A stretch of DNA of 64,000 nucleotides from an uncultured Planctomycetaceae bacterium (GCA_963815195.1 CAWFGE010000021.1:192001-256000), one strand, 5' to 3'. Shown: positions 11,469 to 21,988, counted from the stretch's first letter. A program made the numbers and translations. The notes: generated from the sequence alone by a model not told the origin.

Positions 11469-11646
11469 AAAAAGCCCTCAAGAAAGGAGGGGTTCAAGAC
11501 AACCAACATCACCTTGAGCGATGGGGAACTGATTTGCAGAGTGGGTCAGGCTGCTAATCAGGGGACCTTCCACAGACTGGTTGTTGAACACCAAACCCTT
11601 TCCTGAGGGCTAGGCTGGGTAAAGGAGTGGGTGGCTTTCCCACAAT
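11469..11646 (-). ncRNA. Candidate structured non-coding RNA (rod with central bubble; 6S-like or novel sRNA)
   Basis: Nested stems 11596-11611/11473-11488, 11578-11589/11492-11505, 11551-11561/11529-11539 and side hairpin 11507-11523; G-U pairs work only on the minus strand; U-run at 3' end; sigma54 box immediately upstream. Confidence 0.6.
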
Positions 11647-11656
11647 GACATAGGCA

Positions 11657-11672
11657 AGCAGGTCCCATGCCA
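11657..11672 (-). promoter_or_regulatory. sigma54 (-24/-12) promoter
   Basis: Minus strand TGGCATGGGACCTGCT = TGGCA...GG-N10-GC. Confidence 0.65.
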
Positions 11673-11779
11673 TTAAGGGGATCAATTGAAGATTTACACG
11701 AAACAAACGCCGTAATATCTTTTTTAACAGTCAGTTATGTAAAATAGCTTTGCCAAAAAAATCTTAGGGTTCGATGGAT

Positions 11780-11860
11780 TTTCGGCGCCGAAACTTGCTT
11801 TTTCGGCGCCGATTCTGTTTGATGGGAGAGATCGGCGCTCGGCGCCGAATTTTCGTCGCC
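11780..11860. promoter_or_regulatory. Repeated palindromic sites, candidate enhancer (UAS) for the adjacent bEBP
   Basis: TTTCGGCGCCGAAA 11780-11793, TTTCGGCGCCGATT 11801-11814 (21-bp spacing), TCGGCGCCGA 11839-11848. Confidence 0.55.
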
Positions 11861-11880
11861 CCCTTTTGTTGGGTTCATCG

Positions 11881-14800
11881 ATGCTCTTCCATCGAAAATG
11901 GACATTGATCGTCATCGGATCCGCCGTGCTGGTGTATTCGATTATTGTCCTCTGTTTCATCGTCACCACGCCCGATGTCGGCTTGCGGGTTTTGCTTTCG
12001 GAGGCGGACTCTTCTCAACAAGCCCCGGTCCAGGGGATCCGCATTCACGCGACCCCGCATTTGATGGCCAGCGTCCCCAAGGGACAGAAATTGACACCGC
12101 AAGTCGGCGACCGTCTATTGCAGTTGGGCGGTTTGCCCACCCACAGTTTTTTGGATTTCGCCTGGAAGATGGATCGGCTGCGGAATGCGAAACCTAAAGA
12201 TGCTCCTCTGGCGCAGGGAGAAGATTTATGGCGGGCCGTGGAGAAATTTGTGGGCCCCTCCGAGCCTCGTGGAGTATTCGGGCGGGGAACGCTGGATCAG
12301 AGCCGAGTTTTCGCGGCCCGCCTCCGGGGGGAAGCCGGGGCCACCCTTCACCGCCTATCTTCAGGTGCAGTCGCTGCCTTTGAGCGAAGTGTTTTTGAGC
12401 TTTATCTGGTTCGCGCTGCAGCTCGGGTTTTTCATGCTGAGCGCTTTGTTGTGCTGGAACCGGCCGTTTGACCGGGCCGCGCGGGTGCTGTTTGGTTTGG
12501 GGATCGTTGGATTGGGGGCCTTCATCGCGGGGAATCATTGGTGGGTGATGGCTGCGAACCGCTGGCTGATCGTGCCTTGCGCGACGTGCGGGATTCTGCT
12601 GCCGGCGGTCTTGTTGCATTTCTTTTTGGTGTTTCCTCGCCCCAGGCTGTTTCTGCAAACGCACCGCGTGCTCTCGATGTTTGGCGTGTACCTGGTGCCG
12701 ACGCTGGCGGTCGCGGCCACGATGATGGTCGTGTGGCTCACCGGCCAAACACACGATCCCGGGGATCCGGCCGACGTCGCCGAGCTGGTTCCTCTCCTGG
12801 ATGGATTGCGATACGGCATCTACGGCTACTTCTGCGTGGCGGCGGTCTACTTCTTGCTTTCGCTGTTCGTGCTCTGGCAGAGCCTCGGGCAGTCTCAACA
12901 GGCCAAAGAGCGTCAGCAGCTTCGCTGGATTTGGCACGGGGCGACGCTGGCTTCCCTCTTTATCGCCATCACCTTGGTGCTCGCCTTCAAGAACCGCGGG
13001 GACTTTGCCTTGGGCAGCGGACGGGTTCCGATGTTCCTCGCGGCGGTGTCCTTCATCGTCGCGTTTTCCGTCGCGATGGTTCGGCATCAGTTAATGCAGG
13101 TCGATCAGATCATCAGCCGGAATATGCTGTATTACGTCGCGAGCCTGGGGCTCACCGCTGTCATCAGCCTGATGATCGCGCTCAGCATTCTCGTGCCGCA
13201 GTGGTTCAACCTCACCTTGTCGACGCAGCAAGCCCTCACGGTCGCGGCGGTGCTCACCCTTTCCGTGATTTTGCTGCTCTGGCTCCGGGATTTGTTCCAG
13301 CAGATGATCGACCGGCAGTTTTTCCGCGACCGCTACCGCCTCGACAAGGCGCTCGAGCGGATTCAGCATTCCGTGGCAAAGCTCAGCGATCCCGAGGCGA
13401 TCGCCCAACTGTTTCTCGGCTCCTGCCGGGATGTGTTGGGTGTGGAGCGGGGGGCGCTTTATCTTCGCCCGGCCACTGATGAGCCGTTCCGGTTAATGGC
13501 TCTCGCGGGCGACGGCCCGGCTTCGCTGCCTCTGGAGGGGCCGTTTTTGTCCACTCTCAAAATGCGGTCCGTCGACGGCTGGCTTTTGCCGTCCCTGCTT
13601 CCCTTGGATCCGCCGTTTTTGTCGACGCTCAAAGACCAGGGCAGCCTGCAGCGGATCACGCCGGGTTCCAGGAGCGAGCTTTCCGCCGAGCAGGCCTTGC
13701 TCTGGGAACTCGACGTCGATTTGGTGCACGGTTTGGAATCCTCCGAGGGCGTGGCGGGGCTGGTGCTCTTGGGGCCGAAGCGGCACGCGATTTCGTTCAC
13801 GTCCGAAGACCTCACCTTCTTAAACGCCCTGGGGCAGATTGCCAACGTAGCGATGTACAGCGCCCAGGTGGTCGATCAAAACATTTCCCGCTTGAACGAG
13901 GAGTTGGAGCTCAAGCTGGAAAAAATCGCCGAGCAGCAACGGCAGATTCTCGCTCCTTCAAGCCCAGTTGACGCAAATCAGCGATGAGCCCGCGCGGACG
14001 CCCGCGGCCCGGCAAGCGTTTCGTCGGGAGGATTGCAAAGGCAGCAGCCCGGCGATGAAGAAAGTCCTCGACACCGCGCGAAAGGTCGCCGCCAGCGAGA
14101 CGTCGGTGCTGCTCCGGGGGGAAAGCGGGACCGGCAAAGAGGTGATCGCCCAGGTGCTCCACAACAACAGCTCGCGGGCGGGCCAACCGATGATCCGCGT
14201 GCACTGCGCTTCGCTGTCGCCGAGCCTTTTGGAAAGCGAATTGTTCGGCCACGTCAGAGGCGCGTTCACCGGGGCGCACCAGGACCGGGTCGGGCGGTTT
14301 CAAGCCGCGAACGGCGGCACGCTGTTTCTCGACGAAATCGGCGACATTTCCCTGGAAACGCAAATCAAGCTGCTGCGGGTGCTGCAGGAACGGTGCTTCG
14401 AGCCGGTCGGCAGCGTCGAAACGGTGCGCGTCGACGTGCGGCTCATCACGGCGACGCATCAGAATCTCGAAGAACTCATCCGGGCCGGCAGGTTTCGCGA
14501 CGATCTGTTTTACCGGCTGAACGTGATCAGCATGGAACTCCCCCCGCTCCGAGAACGGCGGGAAGACATCTTGGAACTGGCGTTGCACTTTTTGGGGCGG
14601 GCGGCCAAGCGGCTCGGGAAAACGCTGACGCACATCGACGAGGAGGCTTTGGAGCTTTTGGAACGCTATCCGTGGCCGGGCAACATCCGCGAGTTGGAGA
14701 ACATCATCGAGCGGGCGGTCGTCCTGGCCGAGGGCACGGTGCTGACTCCCACGGAATTGCCCGCGGAATTGATCTCCGCCAAAGGCCGGAAACGGCCGGA

Positions 14801-15098
14801 CTCCGCGCCGGCGACGCCCTTCGTGATTCAACAAACCGCCGCCCTGAGACGCGACGATGCGGTCACGAAATCCGCCCGAAGCGATGCGGAGAATCACTCC
14901 GCCCGCGAGGCGGCGTTCGCCAAGTCTTCAACAAAACCGGCGGTTGCAAAAGCCTGCCTGCGAAGCGTCGAGGTCGAACGGGAAGAACTCCTCGCCGCGC
15001 TCGATGAATCGGGCGGCAACAAATCCCAGGCCGCCAAGAGACTCGGCCTGCCCCGCAGCACGTTCTTCAGCAAACTCAAACGCCACGGGATCGCATGA
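11881..15098 (+). CDS. Membrane-anchored sigma54-dependent activator (multi-TM sensor, GAF-like, AAA+, Fis-type HTH); frameshifts near 12190 and 13960
   Basis: GESGTGKE, ESELFGHVRGAFTGA, LFLDEIG, WPGNIRELEN, GNKSQAAKRLGLPRSTF; many TM segments upstream; three overlapping ORFs. Confidence 0.8.
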
Positions 15099-15189
15099 GG
15101 TTTTCGGGCGTTTGTCCGTAGCGGCGGCTTCCCGCGACCGAAGAGACACGGCGGCAAGATCCCGCCGCTTGGAGAATCATCGGTCCTCC

Positions 15190-16230
15190 TCACGCGCGGT
15201 CGAAGGGGAAAGCTTGGACCTGATCGATGGACGAGAGATCCAAGGCGAGCATGACGAGCCGATCCACGCCCAACGCGACGCCCGCGCAATCCGGCAAGCC
15301 GGCTTGCATCGCGGGGAGCAAGCGGTTCGTTTCCGGCAGCCGGCGGGCGTGTTCTTTTTGGCGGAGTTCGTTCTGCTTTTGTATGCGGATTTGAAGCTCC
15401 GCCGGGTCGGTCAGTTCGTGGTAGCCGTTGCAGACTTCGACGCCCTCGATGTACAACTCGAACCGCTCGGCGACCGGGGGATGGTCGCCCCGCACCTTCG
15501 CGAGGGCGGCTTGCGAAGCGGGATAATCATAAAGAAACACGGGGTGATCGATTCCCAACTCCGGCTCCACGAGGCTCGCCAACAGGAAGTTGAGCCATCC
15601 GTCCCGGTCTTTTAAGGAAAGACCCTCCGGCGGAGGGGCATCGTGCATCAGGGCCAGTTGGGCAAACTCGGCGGTCTCCAGATCGAGCACCTCGCAACCC
15701 GCATAGCGTTCGAAGGCCTGGTTATAGGTGAGGCGTTCAAACGGCACTTCCGAGAATCCCGCGTCCGGCCGGAAGCGGGCCGCCTCCGCGAACGCCCGGC
15801 GAACGAGCCCTTCCGTAAAATCCATCTGGGCGTGGTGGTCGTCGCCCGCGCGATACCACTCGGCCATCGTAAATTCCGGGTTGTGCCGGCCGCCGCGCTC
15901 GCCGTTTCGCATGACGGGCGAGATTTGATAAATGGCCTCCGCCCCCGCCGCGAGCAATCGCTTCATGGCGAACTCCGGCGACGTTTGCAGGTAGAGAATC
16001 TCTCCGCCGCCGTCTTCCGCGGGCAATCGGCCGCGGTGGTAATGCGCGATGAAGGGATCCAGGTGGGCGTCGACCACGATGTCGTGCGACAAGATCGGCG
16101 TTTCCACCTCCCAATAGCCGGCCTCGTCGAACACCCGCCGAAGCGCGGCCAACAGCGCCGCCCGCTGTTTGAGGACCTCCAGCGAAGCCGCCGGCCGCCA
16201 ATCGGATACGGGATCGTCGGATTCGGACAC
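15190..16230 (-). CDS. epmA: EF-P lysine aminoacylase
   Basis: YLQTSPEFAMKRLLA, RHNPEFTMAEWY, NGYHEL, GVALGVDRL; lacks LysRS anticodon domain. Confidence 0.9.
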   Translation of the reverse strand: MSESDDPVSDWRPAASLEVLKQRAALLAALRRVFDEAGYWEVETPILSHDIVVDAHLDPFIAHYHRGRLPAEDGGGEILYLQTSPEFAMKRLLAAGAEAIYQISPVMRNGERGGRHNPEFTMAEWYRAGDDHHAQMDFTEGLVRRAFAEAARFRPDAGFSEVPFERLTYNQAFERYAGCEVLDLETAEFAQLALMHDAPPPEGLSLKDRDGWLNFLLASLVEPELGIDHPVFLYDYPASQAALAKVRGDHPPVAERFELYIEGVEVCNGYHELTDPAELQIRIQKQNELRQKEHARRLPETNRLLPAMQAGLPDCAGVALGVDRLVMLALDLSSIDQVQAFPFDRA

Positions 16231-16305
16231 CAAAAACCTCCGTGATTTCAAAGTAAAAAAACGCGCTGTTTTGGGAGTCTTTTCGGCGGAGAATGGAACC
16301 GTGGG

Positions 16306-17160
16306 CTAACGCCCAGCGGCTGATTCGATCGGCCAAATGCCCTCGAAGACTTCCACGGCCGGGCCGGTGAGATAGACCTGGTTGTCGTCGGTGTTCCAAT
16401 CTACGTCGAGCACTCCGCCGGGGAGTCGGCAGCGGACTTTTGGTTCCGTGTGATTCAAAAGTTTGCAGGCGACGACGGCGGCGCAGGCTCCCGTGCCGCA
16501 GGCGAGAGTTTCGCCGGCACCGCGCTCCCAAACGCGGAGGGCGATCTCCTCGCGGGAGAGGACTGTGACGAACTCCACGTTCGTGCGATTGGGGAATCTT
16601 GGATGCCGTTCGATCCGCGGGCCGATCTTCAACACCCAATCGTCGCAGAGTTCTTCCACAATCACGACCACATGCGGGTTGCCCATCGAAACACAGGACG
16701 CCCACACCTGCCGGCCGCCGATGTCGAGCGAAACGTTGAGCGGCGGATTGCCAGTGAGTTTTGTGGGAATGCTCGCGGAATCGAGGACGGGCGATCCCAT
16801 GGAAACCCGCACGCGGCGGGCGAAGCCGGCTTCGGCTTCCACTTGTACGGCTTTCACCCCGGCGTCGGTTTCCACGGCGAACTCCGGCCCCGCGACCATC
16901 CGCCGATCGAACAGATATTTCGCGACGCACCTGAGACCGTTGCCGCACATCTCGGCGGGCGTCCCGTCGGCGTTCCAGATTCGCATGCGGGCTTCGGCGA
17001 CACGGGAGGGGCCGATGACGATCACGCCGTCCGCCCCCGCACCGGTGTGGCGATCGCTCATCGCCGCCGCCAACCGCGAGAAGTCTTCAGGCACGGTTTC
17101 CGTGAATGCGTCCAGGTAGATGTAGTCGTTCCCGGCCCCGTGCATCTTGGTGAACCGCAT
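16306..17160 (-). CDS. dapF: Diaminopimelate epimerase
   Basis: MRFTKMHGAGND, NADGTPAEMCGNG, SMGNPH, ERGAGETLACGTG. Confidence 0.95.
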   Translation of the reverse strand: MRFTKMHGAGNDYIYLDAFTETVPEDFSRLAAAMSDRHTGAGADGVIVIGPSRVAEARMRIWNADGTPAEMCGNGLRCVAKYLFDRRMVAGPEFAVETDAGVKAVQVEAEAGFARRVRVSMGSPVLDSASIPTKLTGNPPLNVSLDIGGRQVWASCVSMGNPHVVVIVEELCDDWVLKIGPRIERHPRFPNRTNVEFVTVLSREEIALRVWERGAGETLACGTGACAAVVACKLLNHTEPKVRCRLPGGVLDVDWNTDDNQVYLTGPAVEVFEGIWPIESAAGR

Positions 17161-17312
17161 GCCGCCTTCCATTTCGAGAAATCCTGAAAAATGTCGCCCG
17201 CCGGCTTTCGCGAGGGGCGGAACCATCATCGGATCTCAAGCATACCAAACCAAGCGCGGAAAGGCGCGCCGGGCCAACCCGCCCGGAACGAAGCCAAGCG
17301 AGGCCGAGGCGG

Positions 17313-17657
17313 TTATTCCGGAGTGGCGGTATTCAGAACGCCGATGCAACCACTGGAAAGACGCGTGGGCGGGAAATTGTCGTTGAAACCAGGGGTGCAG
17401 AAATCGGTCTGGTCCTGAAACACCGATCCGCTGATCGTGCCCACGTTCGACTTCGTCACGCCGCAAAAGCTGTAGCTTTGGTTGAGGTCGCCGACCGCCG
17501 TGGCGACATCCGCCAATTCATACATCACGGATGTGCGCAGCGTGCTGAGTCCGGCGATGCTGCCGATGACGACAATCACCGCCACCAAAATCAGCTCGGA
17601 GCTCACAACAAACCCGGATTCATCCCGCAGAAGTTTGGCGAACAGGGAAATTGGCAT
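17313..17657 (-). CDS. Flp-like (type IVb) prepilin-type small protein
   Basis: RDESG|FVVSSELILV prepilin cleavage motif followed by a hydrophobic helix. Confidence 0.7.
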   Translation of the reverse strand: MPISLFAKLLRDESGFVVSSELILVAVIVVIGSIAGLSTLRTSVMYELADVATAVGDLNQSYSFCGVTKSNVGTISGSVFQDQTDFCTPGFNDNFPPTRLSSGCIGVLNTATPE

Positions 17658-17728
17658 GGCGTCTCGCATGAACAGGATTCTGGGTGAGTGGAATCAAAAC
17701 GTGCTGCCTGGAATTAGCGCTAACCGTT

Positions 17729-18661
17729 TCAGGCCGTAACCTGCGGCGACAAAAGTTTTTTGCGGAAAAAGACGGCTGCCGCGGTCAAACCCGCCAGCAA
17801 CAAGATAATCGACGACGGTTCCGGAACCGTAGGCGTTTCCGGTCCCGCGGAAACTACCAAATTGTCAAAACCAAACCGGTCTTCCAAACTGGTGGCGTTG
17901 CTCGCATCGACACCAATCAAGCGGACTTGCGAAATGGGCATATCACTCGTGAATCCAAAGAAAAGCAGGGAGGCGTTCAATTCGTTCGTCGGCGAGGAGA
18001 TCGGCACAAAGGGATGCGGCATGTTGAACTGCGTCGTCATGCCGTTGGAATCCGTGACCGCGACCATCACCTGTCCGTTGAAGTCACCAAAATCCGTGCC
18101 AAAAAAGCCCAAAGCGTTGACGGGCGTCTGATCAAAGTCGATTAAGAAGTCGAGATTGACCGTATTGGTGTCCAAATACTGCGTTCCGCCAATGGGTATT
18201 TGCACGGGGAACCGGCCGGCGGCATTGTCAACGGGACCCGGATTGGCCAGGGTGATGTCGGACAGAATCGCAGGGTTGGCCGTCAAGCTGGCTGAGATGG
18301 GAAGAGACCCCGAACCCGGAGGCAACCGCTGAAAATCCAAATTGAGCGAGATATTCGAAGGCACACTTTGAGGGCCGACGCCGACGAAGGAGGAGCGATT
18401 CCGAAATTCAAAATCTTCGATACCGAAATCCGCCCCGTTCAACGCGGCGATAAAACTGTCGTATCCGGCTTGAGAATTCGTGTTTGCGGGCAAGCCGACC
18501 CCGGGCATTTGCGGCGTCGCCAACAGGTCGTCGACGATGAGTCCTGAGTTGTCTGCACTGTTAATGCCGGTGGCGTAGAACGTCAGCATCCCCGCCGCGG
18601 CCGTGTGAGTCAAAAAGAGGACGGCGGATACCATTCCCAAAAGTCTTCTCGCAATAAACAT
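17729..18661 (-). CDS. PEP-CTERM sorting-domain protein
   Basis: Signal peptide; C-terminal VPEPSS + TM helix + RKK. Confidence 0.9.
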   Translation of the reverse strand: MFIARRLLGMVSAVLFLTHTAAAGMLTFYATGINSADNSGLIVDDLLATPQMPGVGLPANTNSQAGYDSFIAALNGADFGIEDFEFRNRSSFVGVGPQSVPSNISLNLDFQRLPPGSGSLPISASLTANPAILSDITLANPGPVDNAAGRFPVQIPIGGTQYLDTNTVNLDFLIDFDQTPVNALGFFGTDFGDFNGQVMVAVTDSNGMTTQFNMPHPFVPISSPTNELNASLLFFGFTSDMPISQVRLIGVDASNATSLEDRFGFDNLVVSAGPETPTVPEPSSIILLLAGLTAAAVFFRKKLLSPQVTA

Positions 18662-18736
18662 TTCAGTCGCTTTCAAGCGGACGGCCCATCCCGCTACCAA
18701 AAAAAGAAGGAAAAGTCAGACCCCGCGTTGCGATAA

Positions 18737-18752
18737 AGCAAACACCATTCCT
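18737..18752 (-). promoter_or_regulatory. Candidate sigma54 promoter for the PEP-CTERM gene
   Basis: Minus strand AGGAATGGTGTTTGCT = GG-N10-GC with TTGCT. Confidence 0.4.
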
Positions 18753-19068
18753 GACCTTGGCAAATCGCCCTAAAAATCGGCGATTCCGCGCGGTTGGGAG
18801 CGTCTGCGCGGCAGAAACGGCACCCTCGCGCCAACGGTTTCAGCCGGGATGCGCCGATAGTTCATGGAACCCTTTGCCGGACAGAGAGCGATCGCGAGAG
18901 GCGATTCGGTGCGCAGAGAAGCGCGGAAGCAACGGGCAGGCCATTCTTGTGGTTGTTTGTCGATCGTCTGGCCCGCGATGGAACGATTATAACACCGCAC
19001 GCAGCCTGCCAACAGTGAAAATTGATGTGGTTTTGGGAGTTTTGCGAACCGAGCGGTTTTGCGGTTCG

Positions 19069-20364
19069 TCAGAGAATGTTGGCGAAGTCCGCTTCCGCGC
19101 GGCCGAGGTCGAGGCGGTTCAGAAAGTTGGAATAGCACATCCAAGCCGTCAATGCGTTCAAATCGGCCACCTGCGGCGGCAAATACTTGGGGGGTGCGAG
19201 CACGCCCTCCTCCGCCAGATGCGACAGCGTCCGCATGTCCTCGAGCGTCGTCTTGCCGCAGAAGAGCAGCGGAATCCGGTCGATCAGGCCTTTGCGAGTC
19301 GCGAGGCGGATGTAGTTATAAATCAGAATAAAGCCTTTGCTGTAGCTGATATCCTTGGTAAACGGCCCGCCTTCGGGCGTGCTGCCGCGGTACACGCGCA
19401 TCGTGTTGGAAAAACTCTCCTCGTCGCCCAATCCCTGGCTGCGGAAGAACTCGAACACATCGCGGAACGTCGCCCCATCCTCGGCGAGGCTCACCGCGCG
19501 GATGCGATTGGTCACCCGCCGCAGCCGGGCGGGATGCGACGCGAACGCGAAGATTTCCATCACGATCGCCAGGCCTTCCTGCGTGATCGTCGCGGACGGG
19601 GGGCCTTTGCTGAGGAATGTGCACACCGGCTGGCTCATCCCGTTGAGCGTCGTCCCCACGTGCACCCAGCCCTCGTGGACTTCCAAAAGTCTGAGGTCCT
19701 GCATGTTGAAACGGGCTTCTTTGCGAATCTTGAGGTAATCCGTGCCCGCCGCGGCGTCGGAGACGATGCCGTCGCTCAACATCACGCGAATCGGCCGGTC
19801 CGGGTCGGAAAACGCCTGGTTCAGCCGCTCTTGCAGAATGGCGACCGCATCTTCGCCGGTGATGGTCTTTTCCTGCGTGGGCAGGCTGCCTTTCTGATCG
19901 ATCTTGCCGAGGGCTTCGGACATCATCATGCCCAGATCCGCGAGCGTGGGGTCGCCCGCGTGGAACACGTCGCTCGCGCTCCCGTAAAGCTGTTGCGAAT
20001 AGCTGGCGAACTCCGGAAGTCCGCGGGCTTCGAGCATCCGCACGACGATGCGGTATTCGTGGCACATCCGCCGGAGAATCACGCCCACCGGGCTGAACTG
20101 CCCCAGCCGCCGGCTGACTTGCCGCTCGAGTTCGTGAAACTCCAGCCGCTTCGCGACCGGATCGAACCCCAGCGGGCGGTTCTCATAATACGCCCGGTCC
20201 ACCGCCGGCTGCTCTTTAAAGCCCTTTTCGAAAAACTTCTTTTGAACGTCGGCGTCCCATTTGATCGCGTCCAGAATCCGGATTGGCCGCTGGGCTTCGA
20301 CGATCTGGTCGGACAACTCGCGAATGGCTTTTCGGTAGGCTTCTTTGTTGACTTCGGACGGCAT
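19069..20364 (-). CDS. QEGLA-motif protein (DUF1704, HExxxH metallopeptidase-like)
   Basis: VHEGWVH, TQEGLA, FTKDISY. Confidence 0.85.
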   Translation of the reverse strand: MPSEVNKEAYRKAIRELSDQIVEAQRPIRILDAIKWDADVQKKFFEKGFKEQPAVDRAYYENRPLGFDPVAKRLEFHELERQVSRRLGQFSPVGVILRRMCHEYRIVVRMLEARGLPEFASYSQQLYGSASDVFHAGDPTLADLGMMMSEALGKIDQKGSLPTQEKTITGEDAVAILQERLNQAFSDPDRPIRVMLSDGIVSDAAAGTDYLKIRKEARFNMQDLRLLEVHEGWVHVGTTLNGMSQPVCTFLSKGPPSATITQEGLAIVMEIFAFASHPARLRRVTNRIRAVSLAEDGATFRDVFEFFRSQGLGDEESFSNTMRVYRGSTPEGGPFTKDISYSKGFILIYNYIRLATRKGLIDRIPLLFCGKTTLEDMRTLSHLAEEGVLAPPKYLPPQVADLNALTAWMCYSNFLNRLDLGRAEADFANIL

Positions 20365-20566
20365 TGGGGTGGAGCTTTCGGAAATCGGCGCAAGGGAAAC
20401 CGACAATGCCGAATTATATCGTCTTTTGGAAAATCCCCTATGGAGAAAATCCGCCGGCCCTCGCTTCGCGATGCCAATTGGATCCAACTCACAAATTCCG
20501 CAGCTTCCCTCCAAGCCGTCAAACCGCTCAAACCCGAAACCGGGAGAAGCAATGTCCGTCGGCGGA

Positions 20567-21988
20567 TCAAGCGCGGATCGAGTCGATCGCCCGGGGTTTT
20601 CGGTTTTTCGGGCCGAGGCGGATTGTGGAGCCGAAGGCCTCGAGCATGGTATTGTAAACGTCAAGGCCTTCGGCACCGACATCCATGATCTGGCCGGTCT
20701 TGAAGCGGCCGTTCGCACTGGAAATGCAGTGGAACACGCCGGACAGTTCGCGCTTGACGTCGTTATGCCGGCCATCTCCCGATTCGGTCGAGATGGTGAT
20801 CAGCGAGTTTTCGAGGATGGTGCGGCCGTTGGGTTCCTTGCACTCGACCGTGTCCAAAGCCTTCAGGAAATAGGCGATCTCGCGCATTTTCATGTGAGCG
20901 TGCGCCCGCAGCGCCTCGTTCTTTTGCTTCTCGTTGAACTTGTGCCACCACTCGTGGCTGCAACCTTTGTCGCCGCTGGCGTTGTGCTGTTTGGCATCGT
21001 CGAATCGCCAGCGTTTTTCGCCGTGATAACTGTAATCACCGGTCAAGCGGATGCGTTCGCCGGCCGCCAGGAAGGTCAGCGACCCAAAACGCACGCGGTC
21101 CATTTGGACCGCGAGCGCATAGATGTCGGTGAGCAACCGCCACTCGGTCGAGAGTTCTTCCAGCGTGATGTCGATGCCTTGGCCGCCCGGATCGGCCGGA
21201 CCGCCGTGCGGGATGGCCGAGCGCGGCGGCAGCTTCGGCCCCTCGGTATTCTTGTGCTTCATCGCCAAAGCGCGCTGTTCGAACTCACGGATGCGGTCGA
21301 GGTGATCGGCCACGCGGGCTTTGGACGCGCTGCCCAGCGGCGAGTTGGGACCGGTGTAGAAGCGGTAGTCCTCGACCACCGTATCCAAGACGCTATGCCG
21401 CAGCCGCTGGTTCAGATCTCCCTTGGCGACGGCGACGCCTCCGAAGACGCGCTCGAACAGATCGCGCGGCTTCTCCTGAATCGTGGCGGCCACCGTGCCG
21501 TCCAAGTTGTAGCTGTGCACGTACCGTCCCACCCGGCTGCGGCGAAAGAATGTCCCGCCGATCAAAGTCGGCACCATGCCTTGGGGCAGTCCCTGAGGAT
21601 AACAGGTCTTGCGGATGACCTGATCGATCGACGGCCCGCCGGATTTGGCTTCGCCGTCGGGCGGTTCCGCGGTGAAGGCCCCGGACGCCCCGTCATAGTG
21701 CGCGTTGATGCCTTTTTCGTCGCAGCGGACCTGATCGACGTTCCGCATGATGAGCAGCTTCTTGCTCAGCGGTTCGAGCGGTTCCAACACGCCTTTAAAG
21801 CCTTCCTTTTGCAAGGGGGCGGGAATTCCCAGCCCGAAGAAGACGTTAAACGCCCGCACGGGACTCTCCGGCTGAGGAGCCGCAAGTAGGCGGGATGAAA
21901 GCATCTCTTCGAGCAGCGGCAATCCGATGGTGGCGGTTCCCAGGCTCTTGAGCATTGTCCGGCGGCTAATGGGTGTGTGAGGCATCAT
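20567..21988 (-). CDS. DUF1552 family protein with Tat-like signal
   Basis: ISRRTMLKSLG..IGLPLLEEM, SIDQVI, PRDLFERVFG, HLDRIREFE. Confidence 0.85.
   Translation of the reverse strand: MMPHTPISRRTMLKSLGTATIGLPLLEEMLSSRLLAAPQPESPVRAFNVFFGLGIPAPLQKEGFKGVLEPLEPLSKKLLIMRNVDQVRCDEKGINAHYDGASGAFTAEPPDGEAKSGGPSIDQVIRKTCYPQGLPQGMVPTLIGGTFFRRSRVGRYVHSYNLDGTVAATIQEKPRDLFERVFGGVAVAKGDLNQRLRHSVLDTVVEDYRFYTGPNSPLGSASKARVADHLDRIREFEQRALAMKHKNTEGPKLPPRSAIPHGGPADPGGQGIDITLEELSTEWRLLTDIYALAVQMDRVRFGSLTFLAAGERIRLTGDYSYHGEKRWRFDDAKQHNASGDKGCSHEWWHKFNEKQKNEALRAHAHMKMREIAYFLKALDTVECKEPNGRTILENSLITISTESGDGRHNDVKRELSGVFHCISSANGRFKTGQIMDVGAEGLDVYNTMLEAFGSTIRLGPKNRKPRAIDSIRA

Noticed and set aside
13526..13633. Short internal duplication LPLEGPFLSTLK / LPLDPPFLSTLK in the bEBP
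   Set aside because: In-frame, old and diverged; not a DGR template/variable pair (no reverse transcriptase, differences not A-specific).
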